From NCBI GenBank assembly GCA_976551045.1, contig CDPCPM010000292.1, forward strand, positions 1 through 64,000: 64,000 bases of DNA, given 5' to 3'. The DNA is from Glaucostegus cemiculus. Lineage: Eukaryota. The notes below the pieces were generated by a model. The model was not told where the DNA came from. It ran no database searches and saw only the letters and a program-made list of their open reading frames with translations. Of this stretch, positions 62,200 to 64,000 are shown in pieces (the stretch's first letter is position 1; each line of letters starts with the position of its first letter). The position numbers and the translations under genes are program-made.

Positions 62200-63900
62200 G
62201 TAGGGCCCTCTATATATTACCCAAGGAAACTTTCCCGATTGCACTTAACAAATTCCACCCTATCTGAGCCCCTAACATTTTAGCAGTCCCAGTCTATGTC
62301 AGGAAAGTTAAAATCCCATAATATGACAACCCTATTATTCTTACAACTCTTTACAATCTCCCTGCGTTTGTTCTACTATTTCCCATTGACTATTTGGCAG
62401 CTTATAGTGCAATCCCAACAAGGTGATCATCCCCTTCTTATTTCTCAGCTCCACCCATAAAGCCTCACCAAATGATCCTTCTGTAACTTCATCTCTGACT
62501 ACTGCAGTGTTATTCTGCTTAATCAAAAATGCAACTCCCCCTCCTCTCTTTCCTCTGCCTCTATCCCACCTGTACCCTGGAACATTAGGCTGTCAGTCTT
62601 GCCCCTCCCTTAGTCATGTTTCTGTAATAGCTATAATATCCCAGTCTCATGTAACTATCCAAGCCCTAAATTCATCCACCTTATCTTTCAGACCTCTTGC
62701 ACTGAAATAAATGCAATTTAATCCAATAGGCTTTCCTCGCTTCCTGCCATTCTCCTGCCCGTCATGCCTATTGAACTTGTTGTCACTGACTTCTGCATTA
62801 TGTCCCCATTTACGCTCACCAACTTTTATCAAAAGCATTCTATCTGGATGCATCACAGCTTGGTACGGTAATTGCTCTGCCCAGGACTGCAAGAAATTGC
62901 AGAGTTGTGGACACAACCCAGCATGTCACGGAAACCAGCCTCCCCTCCATGGACTCTGTCTTTACCTCTCGCTGCCTTGGCAAAGCAGCCAGCATAATCA
63001 AAGACCCCACCCACCCGGGTCATTCTCTCTTCTCTCCTCTCTCATCAGGCAGAAGATACAGGAGCCTGAGGGCACGTACCACCAGGCTCAAGGACAGCTT
63101 CTATCCCACTGTGATAAGACTATTGAATGGTTCCCTTATACAATGAGATGGACTCTGACCTTAGAATCTACCTTGTGGTGACCTTGCACCTTAATGTCTA
63201 CCTGCAATGCACTTCCCTGTAGCTGTGACACTTTACTCTGTACAGTTATTGTTTTTACCTGTACTACATCAATGCATTCTGTGCTAACTCAATGTAACCG
63301 CACTGTGCAGTGAATTGACCCGTACGATCGGTATGCAAGACACGTTTTTCACTGTACCTCGATACAAGTGACAATAATAAACCAATACCAAGACTTTCCA
63401 GCCTCTAATTTGCCTCCCTGATGCTTGGGATCCCACCCCCCTGCCAGTCTAGTCTTAACCCACCCTGGCAGCACCGGCAAATCTGCCTGCCAGGATATCA
63501 GTCCCCCTCCAGTTCAGGTGTAACCCATCCCTCTAGTACAGGTCACCTCTGCCCCAGAAGAGATCCCAGTGGTCCAAAAATCTGAATCCCTGCCCCCACA
63601 CCAATTTTTCAGCCAGGCATTCATTCGCCATATCCACCTATCTTTACCCTCACTAGCACATGGCACTGGAAGTAATCCAGACATTACTACCCTCGAGGTC
63701 CTGCTTTTTAGCTTCTTCCCTAGCTCCCTATATCCACTCTGCAGTACCTCATCCCCTTCTCTACCTATGTTACTTGTGCCACCATGCACAACGACTTCTG
63801 GCTACTCACCCTCCCCCTTGAGAATGTTCTGTAGCAGTTCCGTGACATCCTGGACCCTGGCACCAGGGAGGCAACACAACATTGCAGGGTGCCTTTTCTG
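62200..63900 (-). mobile_element. CR1 ORF1-esterase / ORF2-endonuclease fragment split by a Rex-Babar insertion
   Basis: CCLPGARVQDV, LKSRTSRVVMSGLLPVP, YFSARGLKDKVDEFRAWI, EALWVELRNKKG. Confidence 0.85.
62812..63392 (+). mobile_element. Rex1/Babar 3' part
   Basis: SILSGCITAWYGNCSAQD, KAASIIKDPTHPGHSLFSPLSSGRRYRSL; tail gtgacaataataaaccaatacca. Confidence 0.9.
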
Positions 63901-64000
63901 GTTTGAAAACTTGAAGTGATATAACAAATGGGGTATACTAGTTTCAACAGTTAGAAACTCTTGGGCTATCAATAATTCTTGGTATACCACATCCAGAGCG

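Overview
Eukaryotic, vertebrate DNA. The repeat content (HE1/V-SINEs, DeuSINE, CR1 with esterase ORF1, Rex-Babar, Penelope) points to a cartilaginous fish, probably a ray or shark; this assignment is an inference. The window holds the complete RAB23 gene on the + strand: CpG-island promoter at about 5.5-6.0 kb and six coding exons at 14037-29358, giving 236 aa. Exons 2-3 of the convergent BAG2 gene lie on the - strand, and its exon 1 lies beyond the window. The rest is mostly retroelement debris: a nearly complete CR1, plus Rex-Babar, L2, RTE, Tx1/L1 and Penelope-like fragments and about 12 V-SINEs. I found no unambiguous new multi-gene system. The best leads are: (i) a perfect splice donor at the end of the BAG2 BAG-domain exon with candidate 24-nt stop-carrying downstream exons; (ii) an intronless LAMTOR5 retrocopy abutting a Tx1/L1 3' end in BAG2 intron 2; (iii) a 1.8-kb two-module G-rich/E-box minisatellite directly upstream of the RAB23 promoter; (iv) Penelope terminal repeats with hammerhead-ribozyme vestiges and long fold-back hairpins; (v) a splice-dependent uORF ending on the RAB23 start codon. 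Exon coordinates were counted by hand, repeat boundaries are approximate, and all homology calls come from recall, not from database searches.
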